56,557 bases of DNA from Paraglomus brasilianum (Eukaryota): the NCBI GenBank assembly GCA_910592345.1, contig CAJVPI010000090.1, positions 1-56,557 of the forward strand, read 5' to 3'. Of this stretch, positions 35,109 to 53,600 are shown one piece after another (the stretch's first letter is position 1; each line of letters starts with the position of its first letter). The notes under the pieces were generated by a model. The model saw nothing but the letters and a program-made list of their open reading frames with translations. It was not told the DNA's origin and searched no databases. The position numbers and the translations under genes are program-made.

Positions 35109-37597
35109 ATGGGAGATAACCCTATCTACATCTTTAAAAGTTTTGGACCATTCTGGTTAGTTCAAGAAGAAACATTCACCGGCCATGAATCCTCATCACG
35201 TTCTGCATCCAGACGAAGCTCAATACATGTTATTGACGGCATCGACGGCTCCAACGTTAGCGACAACCTTGCCGGAGAGGAATCAATAATACCGCCCGAC
35301 CCTCAGCCTACGGCTGCCCCATCTCACATACCATCGGACTCGCATTCGACACACTCGTTTCCTGCACATGCACAATTGGCTCGATCACCGTACCTTCCAT
35401 CCCGTAGCTATTGTACACCTCAACAGGAGACCTTGCCAGCCGATATGGATCTCCCTACGGGAAAGAACGACAGAATCACAAACGGAATGGGTGCTCCAGG
35501 GACATTTGTTAATCTGATTCCAGTTACCTCGAGTGAAACTCTGCACGCAACATCTTCAGTAAAGTCTTGTCACGGAAACTTAAATAAGAAGCATTCAAAA
35601 CGACGGCGGTCGTCTGCATCTTATACTCTCTATCTGCCGGCTAGTCGACCACTATTCCCAAATTACGCTGACGGAAGATCGCGTAGTAAACACCACAAGA
35701 AGAAATACAAACTTCTCATTTTATGGCCCCTTCCTATAATAACTCGTTATATAATCCTCCTTTCCATTCTAATATCGATGCTCAACTGGACCGGGTTTAT
35801 CTCGTTGAAATGTTCGGCACCATCGTTCGTCATTCACCGATTGGAGATAGCAAACTTACTATTGTCTCCGTTCCTGTTTTCCTTGCAAATGTCAAATGTA
35901 TTATTGGCAGCATCTAATTTATTGACTTTGGGTCTATTCGAGGAATCGTTGACTTCAATGCTTGGAGGGACGAAAAAGTTTTTGGGTACAACGACTAGTT
36001 TAGTGCTTGGTGTTTGTATACTGAGACAGGCAATTGGATTTATTTTCTCATTGTCGACTGGTTGGTCAATACCTAGTTTGTTCTTCAGCGATTCGCTACA
36101 CGAGTGCAACCAAGGTAGGTTGACCAATTAATAAGAGTGGAGCTGTTGTTAAATATGCGTGACGTCATCAGTAATGCATTTGAAAAGGAAAGTGATTAGG
36201 AATCAACTCGCGTTTAATATTCGTGTCTTTTCTTTTTCTTTTCTTTTTTTTTTTTTTTGGTAGGCATAGCGCCATTCTTATTCTCTTTGCTAGTTCTTCA
36301 GTCGCTTAGTATCGACGATAAATACATCCTTTACTATGGTGATAAAAGGCACACGAAAATAACGCTGCGAAAAATAACGCTCCAGCTTTTCATGTGCATG
36401 CTTAATTATACTCAGAAGAACATTCTGTGGTGGTCAGTCACTGGACTTCTCACCGGTCTCATCGGCACAATCGCCATTCACACAACACAGACAAGAGAGA
36501 CACCAAAAGATGACACTGCTTTCGATCGTCTCCTCCCTACGTATAAAATTTCCAATCCTGAGAAAAGCACAGGAGGAATTCTAACACGAACATGGTCGGG
36601 ACTCAAAAAAAGCTCCATTATCTTGTTGGTCACATTCGCGATACTTCTCTTTTGCAATTTCTGTTACACTCGCCCACACTTTGTTAAACCAGCAACACTT
36701 AATGAAATTGAAATTGGCAAAAAGGACAGATATCTCCTATCTTTCCTTGTAATGACAGCGCCTCGGCCCGGAGATCCAGATTATCTCATTAGGACTATTG
36801 ATTCATATCTTAATAATTTCGAGAGCGATCCATCCATGGATTCTTTCTACACTCGTACTCAGATGATTGTATATACTCATTTCAGCAATCACACCGTCTT
36901 TGATCAAGCAAAGAAGAAATATTCGACTGATTTGAAGGCACAGAGATACTTGAAATGGGTACAAGAAGATGGGTATGAGTTGAACCAACGGTTACATGTC
37001 TCAAAGGCAATGAAATTGGTTGCCGAGAATTTCAAGACAACCTATGTTGCACTTGTGGAGGACGATTTCCCGTTATGTGAAGACAAATGGGCAGAGTTGC
37101 TTACTGTTGTGTATGAGGCTAATGTGAAATCACCGGATCATTGCGGCGTGTTTGTTGGAACCGGTGGAAGGTTAGTATTTATTTATTTGTTTAATGTGAT
37201 CATATTTAAATTGTATGTTACTTAACATAAATATATTTATTATAACAGTGGCCTGATAATGAAGCGGAAACAAGCGCTTATTTCTTCAGATTTGCTGTTA
37301 CAAGAAATTCTTACTCCGCCCGACATTGTACTTCAAAACTGTCTTTTGGGAGGAAAAGGCTGTGAAGAATGTTCACAGACACTTGTCACGTCGAAGACTC
37401 TATTGATGTATCATTTGGGATATAATACATCAACAAGCCCAGACCGTATATATCAGAAGAATGAATACCAATGCGGCTGGCGACATCCATTTGTAAGTAA
37501 ACGATTTATTAGATGACGCGGGTGATTAACTATTGACAATTATCGCTGACTTTTTTATCATTTTTAGAATGGTGATCCAAGAGTAATTACAATATGA
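35109..37597 (+). CDS. Multi-pass membrane protein with a C-terminal GT-A glycosyltransferase-like domain, 4 exons
   Basis: ORFs 35049..36131, 36257..37225 and 37259..37516 joined by GT-AG introns, last exon NGDPRVITI*. Several hydrophobic helices, then MTAPR..DYL, LVEDDFPLC, GTGGSGLI and YHLG motifs. Confidence 0.75.
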
Positions 37598-39839
37598 TAA
37601 TAAGATATGAAAAGTGAAAGGCCGACAGGGCCAGGCAGAAACTGAAGATGACTTTAAAAATTGTTTAAATTCTGGGTAATGCACCCGAAAAAAAATCAGA
37701 CTGCGTTTTGATGTGTGCAGTGCAAGGAGGAGAATGCATTAATTCAGTGAAGATGCTGTGGGAGTTGGGTAAAATAATCTATATTTTATTTTTTTTTTCA
37801 ATTAATTCGCATGAATGATTATAAGCCATCAACCAACAAAATCCTCTCTTTGTAAAGTCAACCATCTTTACCCTTTCCCCCTCATACAACTACTATTTAC
37901 TCTTAATTTAATTTTATTGGGAGTGGGGTGTTAATTTGGTCTTTCTGTTCTGTACTATTTTTTTTCCCCCTTTACGTTTACTTCAACTTCCCTTTAATTC
38001 CTCTCCTTTTATAAGATTCAAGTGAATAGAACAAGGATGCAAAATGCAATGTTGATATTTCCGTGAAATAATAGTAAAAAAAGCTATGCAGGTTAGAGCT
38101 GTCAAATGACATATCTCTGACAATATATATAGAAATCTGACACATTTGTAAATGCGCACGAAACTGGCAGATGATTATTATTGTTATTATACGATATAAT
38201 GGCACGTATACACGCCCACCGTCCTAACAAAAGTGTCTTGTCTTATATGGATCAAATAATTTGATATTTGAGTTTTAAATTAGTGTGGTAAATTCAGTCA
38301 TTTAGCATTTCAGGATGCATTCCATGAATTCGGAGGTTAAGATGTCTCGATGATAGAAAACGGTCCTGTAACTCTAAATTCTGCTACAAAAAGTACATTC
38401 TTCACCTTTTTCATATACATGCATATGCAGCATGTAACCTACTATCGATTGTTAACCCGCCTTGTTCTATTTATTCTTTACTTTCTAATTTTGTCTGCAT
38501 AACTCGTAGCCATTTTTTGGTCAATTATGCTGGAGAATGCGAGAGGACCGTTATGGTTTGCTTCCGAGACGGGGTAGTTTCAGCCGAACACATTGGTTAC
38601 ACATCATAAGCCGAAAAAGGGCACAATATTTCCATGATTGACAACCGGGAAAAAAAAAAGTGGTTCAATCTTGTCGACTCTGTAAAAGCGAGCGACATAT
38701 CGGAAGTTTTGATAGCTAACAATGTACAGTACATATTAATATTAATATGTTACGCAAATTTTGTCCTTCTTGACTTTGTTCTCGTTACACAAATGAAGTT
38801 TTCGCACCGAACGAATGAAAACTTTTTGTAGATATTCCATTCATAATGGCAGAGGGAAATCGCTATACTGATACATTAGCACGTACATCTCTTCTAAATT
38901 AATGTGGGAAACGAGTATACCATGTTGCAAGCTACAACTTTTTGCATTGTCCTCATGCTATTACTAATACTACTAATACTAAGCCTAATTAGTTTACTAA
39001 ACACCCCCTTTTTATTCACTGCAGGGCAGTAGACCCTCTTTTAGTAAATACCCGGATTATATTAACTCTTTGCGTTACTATTACATTGACACAATTCCGT
39101 TGATTTTTAGCCAAGAAGTTTATTCGGAAAAAGATAGCCCCAGAACGGAGGAAACGGCCCACTTTTATTAACCCAATCGGGCGAAAACTTATATATGGCA
39201 TACGTCATTTACGCCATTTTCGAGTTGGAAAGAAAGGTTAGCAAAGTAATGATTGCCAAATGAGCTGATGCTAATCACAAAGAAACAATACTTGTACCAA
39301 CAATAGGTACAAAGGCCATTTTAGATTTCCGTGGAAGGTTTGATTCTAGCTTGGCTAAGGATAAGACCCACAAATCAGGAGTGTTGTTCTGTAGAAAGAG
39401 ATTAGTCAAGCATTTTTGCAAAGAGTAACTCATTCTATTACTCCTTGTAAAATCGTCAACGTAGAAAGTTCCATTGATAGATTGACAGATAGTTGTCGTG
39501 TCCTAATAATATTCTCGTATTGTTTTTTATAAACTACTGCTTATATTTTATCTTTTCTCATTCATAAGCCTATAGTATAGTTCTCACCTCCTTACTCAAC
39601 CTGTATTGCCAGCATCGATCTCTTTCGTTACTGAACAACTACCGATTATTGGAGCTGCAATTCGCGCAAATGTAGATGGAACTAATGCTAGGTTCTTTTA
39701 CGAGACGAGGCCTTATTGTCATGTTTCCGGTCTATAATAATAATAACTGTAAATAATTATTATGTTCTCGTGCTACCGTATTAGTTTATCGTTATCTAAA
39801 TATGGGTTGGCTATCCGATTTCTCACTTTAACTTTCATC

Positions 39840-42800
39840 ATGTCAAAAATAATCGGCAATGCTCGTCAAATTTTCACAAAGAGACCGTTCAGTTCTCTCC
39901 TTACATCCAGCAGACATGCTAGAAACTGTTCAACCCTGTTTCGTCATAGAAGCTTGAACCTTGTTAAGCAAGCAAATGTTGCAGACGTGTTCATACCGAA
40001 AAATAAAGCGAGCTACTTGACAATAAGATGTTATAACGGAAATATACCACCGGGTATAAATCAATCAACTGTGACAAATTAAGAATTATATACACTGCAT
40101 ACGATGCTAAAATCTGTAAACTAATCGCCCTTGTGCTGTCGACGGCTTTGTTCTAACAGGACAATTCCGTATGACATCGAACGCGATAGGACAAAAAGGA
40201 TCATCGGCTCTTGAGCAATTTGGATATGATCTGACCAAATTAGCAGCCGAAGGAAAGCTCGATCCTGTTATTGGAAGAGAAGAAGAGATCAGGAGAACAA
40301 TACAAGGTGTAGGATTAGATTAAGATATATGATATTATAAACAAAGAATGATCACAATAACTTTACTGACCATATTGCTCATTTATTTTATTATACAATT
40401 AGTGTAAGTATTACTCATATCGAATTGATTCTCCTCAATATACGGTTATTTACCCCCACAACATATCACCAGGTTAGCACGAAGAACAAAAAACAATCCT
40501 GTACTTATTGGAGAAGCGGGAGTCGGAAAAACTGCCATAGTAGAAGGCCTAGCCCAGCGCATAGTTAATGCAGAAGTACCAGAGAGCATCAAAGACAAAA
40601 AAGTGATCGCGCTGGATCTCGGTTTAATCGTTGCAGGGACTAAATTCAGGGGAGAATTTGAAGATAGGCTTAAAGGGATACTGCAGGAAGTCCAAGAAGC
40701 AGAAGGAAAGCTGATTTTATTTATTGATGAATTACATAACTTATTGGGGTTAGGAAGGGGGGAGGGAAGCATGGATGCCGGCAACCTATTGAAACCAGCC
40801 TTGGCTAGAGGAACGTTAAGATGTTGTGGCGCTACGACGATTGATGAATATCGCAAATATATTGAGAAAGACCCCGCACTGGCAAGGAGATTTCAATCGG
40901 TAATGATAACTGAGCCGACGGTCGAGGATACGGTATCTATTTTACGGGGGTTGAAAGAAAAATATGAAGTACATCATGGTGTTCGCATCGGTGATAACGC
41001 TCTTGTTGCTGCTGCGACATATTCTCATCGGTACGTCGCAGACAGATTCCTTCCAGACAAAGCTATTGATTTAGTCGATGAGGCATGCTCTAAATTGAGA
41101 TTACAGCAGGAGAGCAAACCAGAAGTCCTTGAGAACCTAGATAGGCAAATCATCACTCTTAAAATCGAGTTGGAATCACTGCGTAAGGAAGTGGATCCAA
41201 TCTCACAAGAAAGGAGGGAAAAGATTCAAAAGGAACTCGAGGCCAAAACACGCGAATCAGAGAGATTGAGCGCGCTTTGGCAAGAAGAAAGGGCCAAGTT
41301 GGAAGAAATGAAGAGGATAAAGTCTCAGTTAGAACAAGCGCGTATTGAATTAGAAGCGGCTCAACGAAGTGGCAACTTTACTCGTGCAAGCGAACTAGCC
41401 TACGGCGTTATCCCAGAACTAGAGAAAAAGCTTCCTGCGGACACTGGTGAGGATGAGGCGCCTGAATCACTAATTCACGAACATGTTACCGCTGAGGATA
41501 TTGCAATGGTCGTATCTCGGATGACTGGTATTCCTATTCACAATTTAATGAGAAGTGAAAGAGATCGGTTACTTCACATGGAAGAGAAGTTGAAACAGAG
41601 AGTAGTTGGTCAGGACGAAGCTGTCGCAGCCGTGTCTGAAGCGGTAAGACTGAGCCGGGCAGGATTGCAAAGTCCAACTAGACCTATTGCCTCTTTCTTA
41701 TTCCTGGGTCCTACCGGTGTGGGTAAGACGGAGTTATGCAAGGCTATCGCAGAGTTTTTGTTTAATACAGAATCAGCTATCGTCAGAATTGATATGAGCG
41801 AGTATATGGAGAAGTAAGCATGGGATGCATTGTTCAGACGATGAAGATAGTACAAAAAGATTAGTTTGTTTGTTAACGCTGTTATTATTACTAGGTTCGC
41901 GGTAACGCGACTTGTCGGTGCACCACCTGGGTACATTGGATATGATGAAGGAGGACAATTGACAGAAGCAGTCAGAAGGAAACCTTTTGCTGTAGTGCTA
42001 CTGGACGAAATGGAGAAAGCGCACAGAGGTATTTAAATTCAGACAAAAAAATGTATACAGTTTGACATAGCAATTAAACAGTGGGAGTCGATTATTTTGG
42101 AATATAGACGTATCGAATTTGTTACTCCAGGTGTTGGATGATGGATACATAACCGATTCGCAAGGGCGAAAGGTATTGTTATTGTAGTAACGTTACTTGT
42201 CAACTATTGATAAAATGATTCCTCTTTAATTTCTGTTTTTAACTTTTGAAAAAAAAAAAATCCCAAGGTTGATTTCAGGAATACTATAATAATCATGACA
42301 AGTAATCTCGGAGCCGATATTTTAGCTTCAACAACCTTGACGGGAGACGACAGCAAAGTGAGCGATTTGAGTAAAACTGCTGTGCTTGATGTAGTCAGAA
42401 GACATTTCCCTCCTGAATTTATAAATCGCATTGACAATATGGTAAGATGTTGATTAATATTTATTAAGTATGAATGTGTATTTAACCTTTACTGAATGAC
42501 AATTTTTAATAGATTATTTTCAATCGACTTTCTCGACTTGCACTGAGAGATATTGTGGATGTAAGATTAAGAGAAGTACAGCAACGACTGAGCGATAAGC
42601 ACATTACTATTGATATTGACGAGCATGCCAAGGCTTGGTTGGCTGATAAGGGTTATGATACAGTATATGGTACGTGTTCAATATGTCTAAGAAATGACGG
42701 TAAGACTTTGTTTAATAATCGATTAATGCAACTAACTTCTTTGTTTGTAGGTGCTCGTCCTCTCAACCGTTTGATCCATAAGAAGATTCTCAATCCATTA

Positions 42801-43024
42801 GCATTATGTTTGATTGAGGTTAGTTTGATTCACCAACATTGGTACTTATTATTCGAATTTTCATTAGTAATGTTACTAAAAATTGCATATTCTTTCGTCA
42901 GGGATCAATCAAGGGTCATGAAACAGCGCTGGTGCGGACAGTGAAGACAGATATCGATGAAGATATAATTGTCGAAAAGAATCATGATGTACCATTGGAT
43001 AGTACCTCAGTCGATAAATCATAA
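39840..43024 (+). CDS. HSP78: Mitochondrial ClpB-family disaggregase Hsp78, multi-exon
   Basis: R/S-rich presequence and no Clp N-domain. [57 protein letters not shown] and GARPL motifs. Confidence 0.95.
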
Positions 43025-44221
43025 TAGCAAGTATTATCGTGCGCGTAAAATTACGTTAAGCAAATATTATCTAGTCTAATGAATAATTTTTTGCAATTCA
43101 CTTTGCGAGCTCGAACTGCATCGAAAATGCGCTGAAGTAAAAGCATGCGGACAATATTATTTGATAGCAATATGCAATATAACAAATAATGCTTGACAAA
43201 ATTAGTTTAAATTTCCCGAGATCTAATAATAAACTGCATTGTTCGAAATACAGAATTTGCTTAATAATTGCATGTGCCGAGTTTTCTGCAAATTACAACT
43301 AGGCGGGCAGCTCAATATGCAAACAATTATAGCCGTCAATTATGGGAACTGTAAGAATGCTTCTATTGTTAGAAAGACGTTGACTATTGAAAGAAAATGT
43401 ATCGGCTAACTTACGGCGTATATCAAGTGCGTGAATTGGTGTTGATTGATACTTACCGAGAAGAAGAGACCCAAGACTTATTATAGAGATGTAAAGAGTA
43501 TCTAGCCAAAGCCAAGCTAGAACAGAAAAGATTATACTGGTTTGCGAGACAATATATAAAGCTGTTTAATTAAAATTCAAGTTACGATCGACAGATAAGT
43601 AAAAGCTATTAACTTAGTCCACATAACGAAATGTCGTATTCTTGATGATGAAGAAAGACGTACAACAGTAGTCTGTACAATGCTGGTATAACAAAATAAA
43701 AATACTGTTACCATTCGACGGATGGGTAATATTGGTACGATTCAATATTGTTGACCTAAACAGGAATTGATGGTGCCAGTTTCTACGTTGAAAACTCATC
43801 CTGCAAGAATGCCAGGCCTAGGTTTCAATTGAAAACCTTTTGGTCAATCGTGTGGAGAACATAGAAAGAATGTAGTGAAAGCAAGAAGGCAAAAATAAAA
43901 GACATAATTAAAATCTAGCTATATACGAATATTTGGCATACCAAGGACCATAGTTGAATTGTCAAAGAAAATCGGAAAAAACAGCCAAAGCTCAAGCTAA
44001 TGAAGAAAATATTTCTGATATTGCATCTATAATGATAGTTGGTTTAGAGAGCATAAAGCTTTAATCAAAGATAAAATGAATTATCCACCTTTTATCGTCA
44101 ATGCCAAAAAACCAAAATGCGGTCTGTGGCGCTCAATGAATACCCCTGTAAAGATAATGTGGCGTATGTAAAAGATGTCACCATCCAATTATCACACTTC
44201 ATGTTTAGAAGAGATGAGTTA

Positions 44222-46799
44222 ATGGACAGAAACACAAATCAGAATAACGTGTCTAGTTGGCTTTTAGGCTTGAGACATCAGCCATGCACCGCTGAATCGG
44301 AAAAAGTGATTGTTTACCTGAATACTCTCCATGAGGTATTGCTTGCATAGCGGGCTTGGTTTACATTCGGAGCGTACATTGTTTGACCATTATTATCCAA
44401 TAAGGGCCTTATTAGTTGTAAGACTCCCGAGGAATGCAATAGTCGATATCCTCAAGGAATAAACACTTTGACAGAGCTGGCGGTAGTGTACCTTGTATAG
44501 CAATTGAGGTTACCCGAGTATAAGGAATAATCTACATTTGTCTTGTCTTAACTGGGCTGCTTATTAAAGCGTAAAGACGGTATTGCTCTGGATCCCGTAC
44601 TGTGCAAACATCTTGTGAACTGCCTTCTGGAGTATTCGAAGGTTATCGACAGTGCTGACAAGTCACAAAATGAATTGCACAAGTAAATTGACTACTGTTC
44701 ACTTGATTTACAAGAGCATGCTTATGTTTCTGTTTGTTCATTGATTTGACATATAAAAAAAAAGGTCCGGGGATTGGTGTGTGCGAATGATACGTCTCCT
44801 GCTGTTTAGCCATCATCGACGAGATAAGGCATCGCACAATCTTGCCGATTATTGTGGGGTGGGAACTACTAGTCTGGACCAAGCCATTGTCAACGAATCA
44901 GTGGGTAGTATCACGCGGTTTCTCGACATGATGGAGCAAAATTCGCGCGCTCTTTCGGTAATTATTGTTCTCATTGTACGCAAAAAACGCCTACTTTTTG
45001 CAAGTGGTGACCCTGATTTTATACACTGTCGAACACAGCCAGAATGCCTGAGAAAGGTTTCAGAGAAATGTATTCCAATGTTGGGCGACACGCGTTTCCT
45101 GAATTTGATCGGTCGAATAGTTCGGGCAGCAACATGTAGCGTTTTCGAAGATAAGATGGCATTATCGGAAACCTTTATAGAGGAATTAATATATTATAAA
45201 CACGACTCGTTTGAATTATTAGACGATGAAGCAAAATTCGGGTGGGTTTTCTAAAATACCCGTTAGTCATTTGAGTGACTTATTTTTCATACGAACTAAA
45301 TGACTACATTACAGAGTATGGGCTTGCTTTCCTGCCGCCTCTGAATTTGAGGTAGGTTGATTTGTGTATCTTTGTTTCGACGACACAATGAGACTTATTG
45401 GCTGTACTTCTCTGAACTAGATTATGAGCCTTTTTCGAGCTTTCTTGTCCACCAGTGATCAAACCTACGTCTCACCCTGGCAAATAAGAAAGAGTCTACG
45501 TGCTAGTCTTTTTATTCGAGGCATATTTGCACGTCCGCGTCTTTTACATATATCTATCGAAATTTTGGTCAACATTCTAAATGAAATGGAAGATTGGCGC
45601 GTGGTTAGATTAGCGGGATGCTTAGTAGAGTGCATTGTTGATCGTTCTATTGCCACAGGAGGGTCACTGATATCAGAGGTAAGTAAATGGCTTATATTAC
45701 CTTATTAACACCAAGTACTTGTAGTTAACGTAACTTTCATGGACTTGTACAGTCATCAACAGATTCGTTGGATATATTGGTTGGTTATATATCAAGAGAA
45801 GAACCCAGCGTGCGAACTATTTCGAAAATAAACTCCATTAGAAACAATATATCTTTGGAATGTCCACCTGCAGAGATTTATAAACGGAAACAATGTGTTT
45901 GGTTACTCTTAATGTCTCTGAACAAATGGCGTTATTGGATCATTCGAGCCATTTTCGACAGAAATAGTTTTCCTCGCGTGGTTGATGTTAGTTATAAAGA
46001 TTATGAACTATTACATGGTTTCTGGCTCCACAATATATCTGAAACCATTTAACACATTACACATTATTTATAGCTTGAGCCGCTTATTTCGTATATCGTA
46101 TGGCTTTCATACCCTCAACGCGAATCGGTATGCCTGGATACTATGAATGTAATTGGAGATATTATTTGTTATCTTCGAGGTATGTTTAAATGATTTATAC
46201 GGCCAGTAATTTATGATTGTCATCTAGTAACGTTTTCAATCTTGCACTATAGCGTGGCTGTGTGTGGGGGGAAACGATTATGGGCCAGTTATCTCCCATT
46301 TGAATCGGTATAAACATATATTCAAGAACAATAATTTACTAGTGGATCTTTCGCTTGGCTTATGGTCTGCCGTTGGGTCATCGAAATTGCTAGAAGCATT
46401 GGTGAGCTGTTTATTAGGATCATATTTCAAGGAAAATTTTGTACTAACGGAGAGTGAAAATCATTAAGAGCTTGGGGAGGCGGCATTCATTGCTTTGATA
46501 ACAATATTCAATATTTTGTTTCTGCCAGATCAAGCCATGCATTGCTGCAAGCAACGGAGTGGGCACACAGACTGGAGGGTCCAGGTCAGCATGTATTGAC
46601 GCGATACCGTATTTTATGAAAACCGATGCTGACTTTGATTCTGATTTTCACAATGGATAGCCATATCAGTCTCACAGCTCTTACGATTATTTTGGATTAT
46701 CTGCATGAGAATCAATTTCTTGCCATTGAAGATGAGTACCTGGGAGAATTTACTAAGAGTCTAGAAGGGGATTATCGACTATTCTTGTCGCAAATTTAA
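44222..46799 (+). CDS. Multi-exon helical protein resembling Fanconi anemia group C protein; 3' end uncertain
   Basis: Exons (track ORFs 44117, 44781, 45424, 45768, 46264) have GT-AG borders. Several segments resemble vertebrate FANCC by eye. Confidence 0.5.
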
Positions 46800-47040
46800 A
46801 AAACGCAGTACGTGCTCTCAGATCGCCCATGGACATTAAAATATTTATTGTGTAATCGATAATTCTATCCTTATATATATACAACAACGAAATAGTACAG
46901 TCAATAATCATCAATAGAATGTCAATAGAATGTACTACCACTATCACTAATACACTACTTACTACCCTACTACTTACTACTGATACTGCCACTCGACCAT
47001 TACAAGACAAGAAAATAAACATAAAACAATAAAATTAATA

Positions 47041-50656
<3,616 letters not shown>

Positions 50657-53600
50657 GATTGTTATGTGTGTAGTTAGAGAGAGCGACCAATTTAGTTTAC
50701 CATCCATCAGTTTAAGATTAAATACCAATACGGAAATTTATCATGTGATATTAATTTTGACAAATAAATAACGCCATTAACCAAGTATCATTAATATTAA
50801 TATTTTCAACAGCTTTCTGACCCTCTTTCCCTTCTGGCCAAGCTGTTCCCAAGGAAATCTATTACCACTCTTTCTCTCAACCAACTGCGCCTCAAAAAAT
50901 CTTGTCACTTGCGTATATAAAACTTTAACCGTATTTTGCGCTTGTTCTAACCTAAATCCGCAAATTTGCATTGCATATTTATAAGTATTATGACGTAAAA
51001 TCCACAGTTTAATAAATGGTAATAAGGTGGTTAATTCATTGTTGGAAAAATAAAAATACTACTAAAGTATATATTCAGGCGTGACCAGATAACATCTAGC
51101 TCACTATTTAATTGCTCTTAAGACCGCTTTCTGCTCTGCATGTTCATTTTAAATGATTGGATTTACTTTTGTGATCGATCTTGAAAGCACAGAGTGATGC
51201 ATAGGAAAAACAAAAATACTTGGTCCCGAAGCCATTGATAAGTATATTCTTCGGTCACCCTGGTGCAAACTTAAATTTTATTATCTTCTTTATTATCACT
51301 ATCATCGATTATTTTTCATGGTTTACATTTTTTTTCGTCAATTCAACATTGTTCTTCGAAAGTAGAAACGACCTTGCAGATTTCAGACGTCACTCCGATA
51401 AATAAAACTTCGGTTCAGTTGGCCATACAATAGTAGTAGGCCCAATTTAATAGAAGGTTCCTAATTATAATACCGTACATCATCGAATAACCCACCAATC
51501 AATCAAGTATATAACAATCATGACGACCTTTAACAAAAGATAGTTGGGAGGAAGGACATTCTCAAGGGCAGAGCTGCGAAAGCATTGCTAGACAGGTAAC
51601 GAACGGTTTTGTGACTCGGATGTTGGGAATAGAGTAGTGAATACATAGGGAAGTTTCTAATTAAATCAAACTTCATAATAATCAATGCAATTTTTGTTAC
51701 TGGCCTCCGATCATCATAAAGTAATTCTATAGGGAAGGCCACATGCACGAATGGGTTTCCGTGCACCCTTACGTAATAAAAATTTTCGTGTTGTTCTATG
51801 AAAGAGGACGAAAAATAAAACAGCAAATATTAGTTTCATGAAACTATGCGTACTTCTGCGGTTCACATGAGATGGGTTGAAATGAGAATCCCGTTAAAGT
51901 TCGAGTTACAGGTTTGAGGATATAGCTTTTAGTGTAAATATCAAAAAGAAACCCCCATTAAGCTATAATCTGTTGATGCAAGCCTGAATGGCTTCCTCGT
52001 ACTCATTGCAGTCTGAACTTCTTTACTGACTGTGATTCACAGCCCAAATCTATAATCGCTGCAGCTGGGACTTCTGTAACATGCTTTGAATGCTGCAAAG
52101 ACATGGGTTTGACTTGTGACAGTAGTCGTATATTACCATGCTAAATGTTCTAATGTACTGTGTTGTCTGAGTAGTGAGTTGTTGCGTAGATAAATATTCC
52201 AACAGCTTAAACGAGGTAATTCTATGATCGGATATATAATTATTTTTCCGTTGGGCTTGCCCATTGTTAGCGTGCAAAGACATTGTGCGGTACAAACGTA
52301 TTTGCAGAACGACTGATCTGATCATTGGATACTTTGCGCATACTATAATGTAAAAGGTGACTGGTTCGAGTGGAATGTGCCTCGTCTCACGAATTTTAAC
52401 GTATAGCGAGTTCAGTTATCGTTATAATGATTTACAATGCGTTTACATGCAATATGCAGACTTTGATGGTTGAGTTCGACTCGCGCGAATCCACGACCGA
52501 GATCTCATATATACTGTATATGGACGACTTGGTTGAAAATGGGGTTTTTCTCCCGGATCGGTTATCTGGCTGCGTGATAGAGGTGGGGCGGTAGTGATTT
52601 GGTAACGTTACAGGCCCTTATTTTCAGCAATGAGCAGATTCGTAATTCCTTCTCAGCACAGACTGTAAGCAATGTCGTTATGACGCGAGTATTGTGTAAG
52701 CATTTCTTCGAGATGTCATCTACTACGTCACAAGCGGTATTTTCTGGAAAAATTTCAAAGTATTTATTGAAGAAAACAAAACAATAAACAGCTCATCCTT
52801 GGAACTCCTAAGGTTCCGCTTAGTCGTATTCTTGTTGATTATTTCTTGGCGTTTCTATTATAAAATTTCCCTATGTCTAATATTGATGGTGTCTTCTATA
52901 TCAATACAACATACTTGAATAATCTATACACGCATATGTCTATGATGGCACATATTAATAGGGATGCTAAAGCCCTATTCGTCTAATTCACTTGATGAAC
53001 AGAATCAGATAACGAACGGCAACCGTCAACCCCAACCATTGCAATCCATCGTGAACAGCGTCAATAATATATAATTTTATGGGCATCGAATATGTTACAT
53101 ATCGACCAAACATTACTGAACTTGTGGCTAAATAGTTGAAAATGTTAGCATAATGACAAAACAGCAAGATAAAGGAGTGTCTATAATGCCAGCTCGAAGC
53201 CCGAAAGTTCAACACACTTACCGAGCCACAAGGCCATAGCAACAGTGACAGCGGTCACAAGATCATCGATTTGACATATCATCAGTATATTATAGATCAA
53301 TACGGTCAGCAATGGTGTTGTTGAAAGCCCGGCCTACGATAACATGCATCTACTAAGTACGTCTGCCATCAAGCGACAACGAGCAGAGACTTCACATACC
53401 ATCGCCCTCACTAGGGGTATACCAGAAGCAACAACTTCTCGCTCAGCAGGGGTCAAAAAGTCATCGTGTGTCAAGTTGATTTGTAATTTACCGAACACAT
53501 TATGTGCATAGTACACTGAAGTCATAACTGCAAGAAGTTTGGTCTAACTTAGCATATAGAACATATATAATCATCTGCGAGGGATATGTATCAGTCGGTA

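Noticed and set aside
43380..44060. Coding-like purine-rich tract
   Set aside because: Stops in all frames and no family could be recognised.
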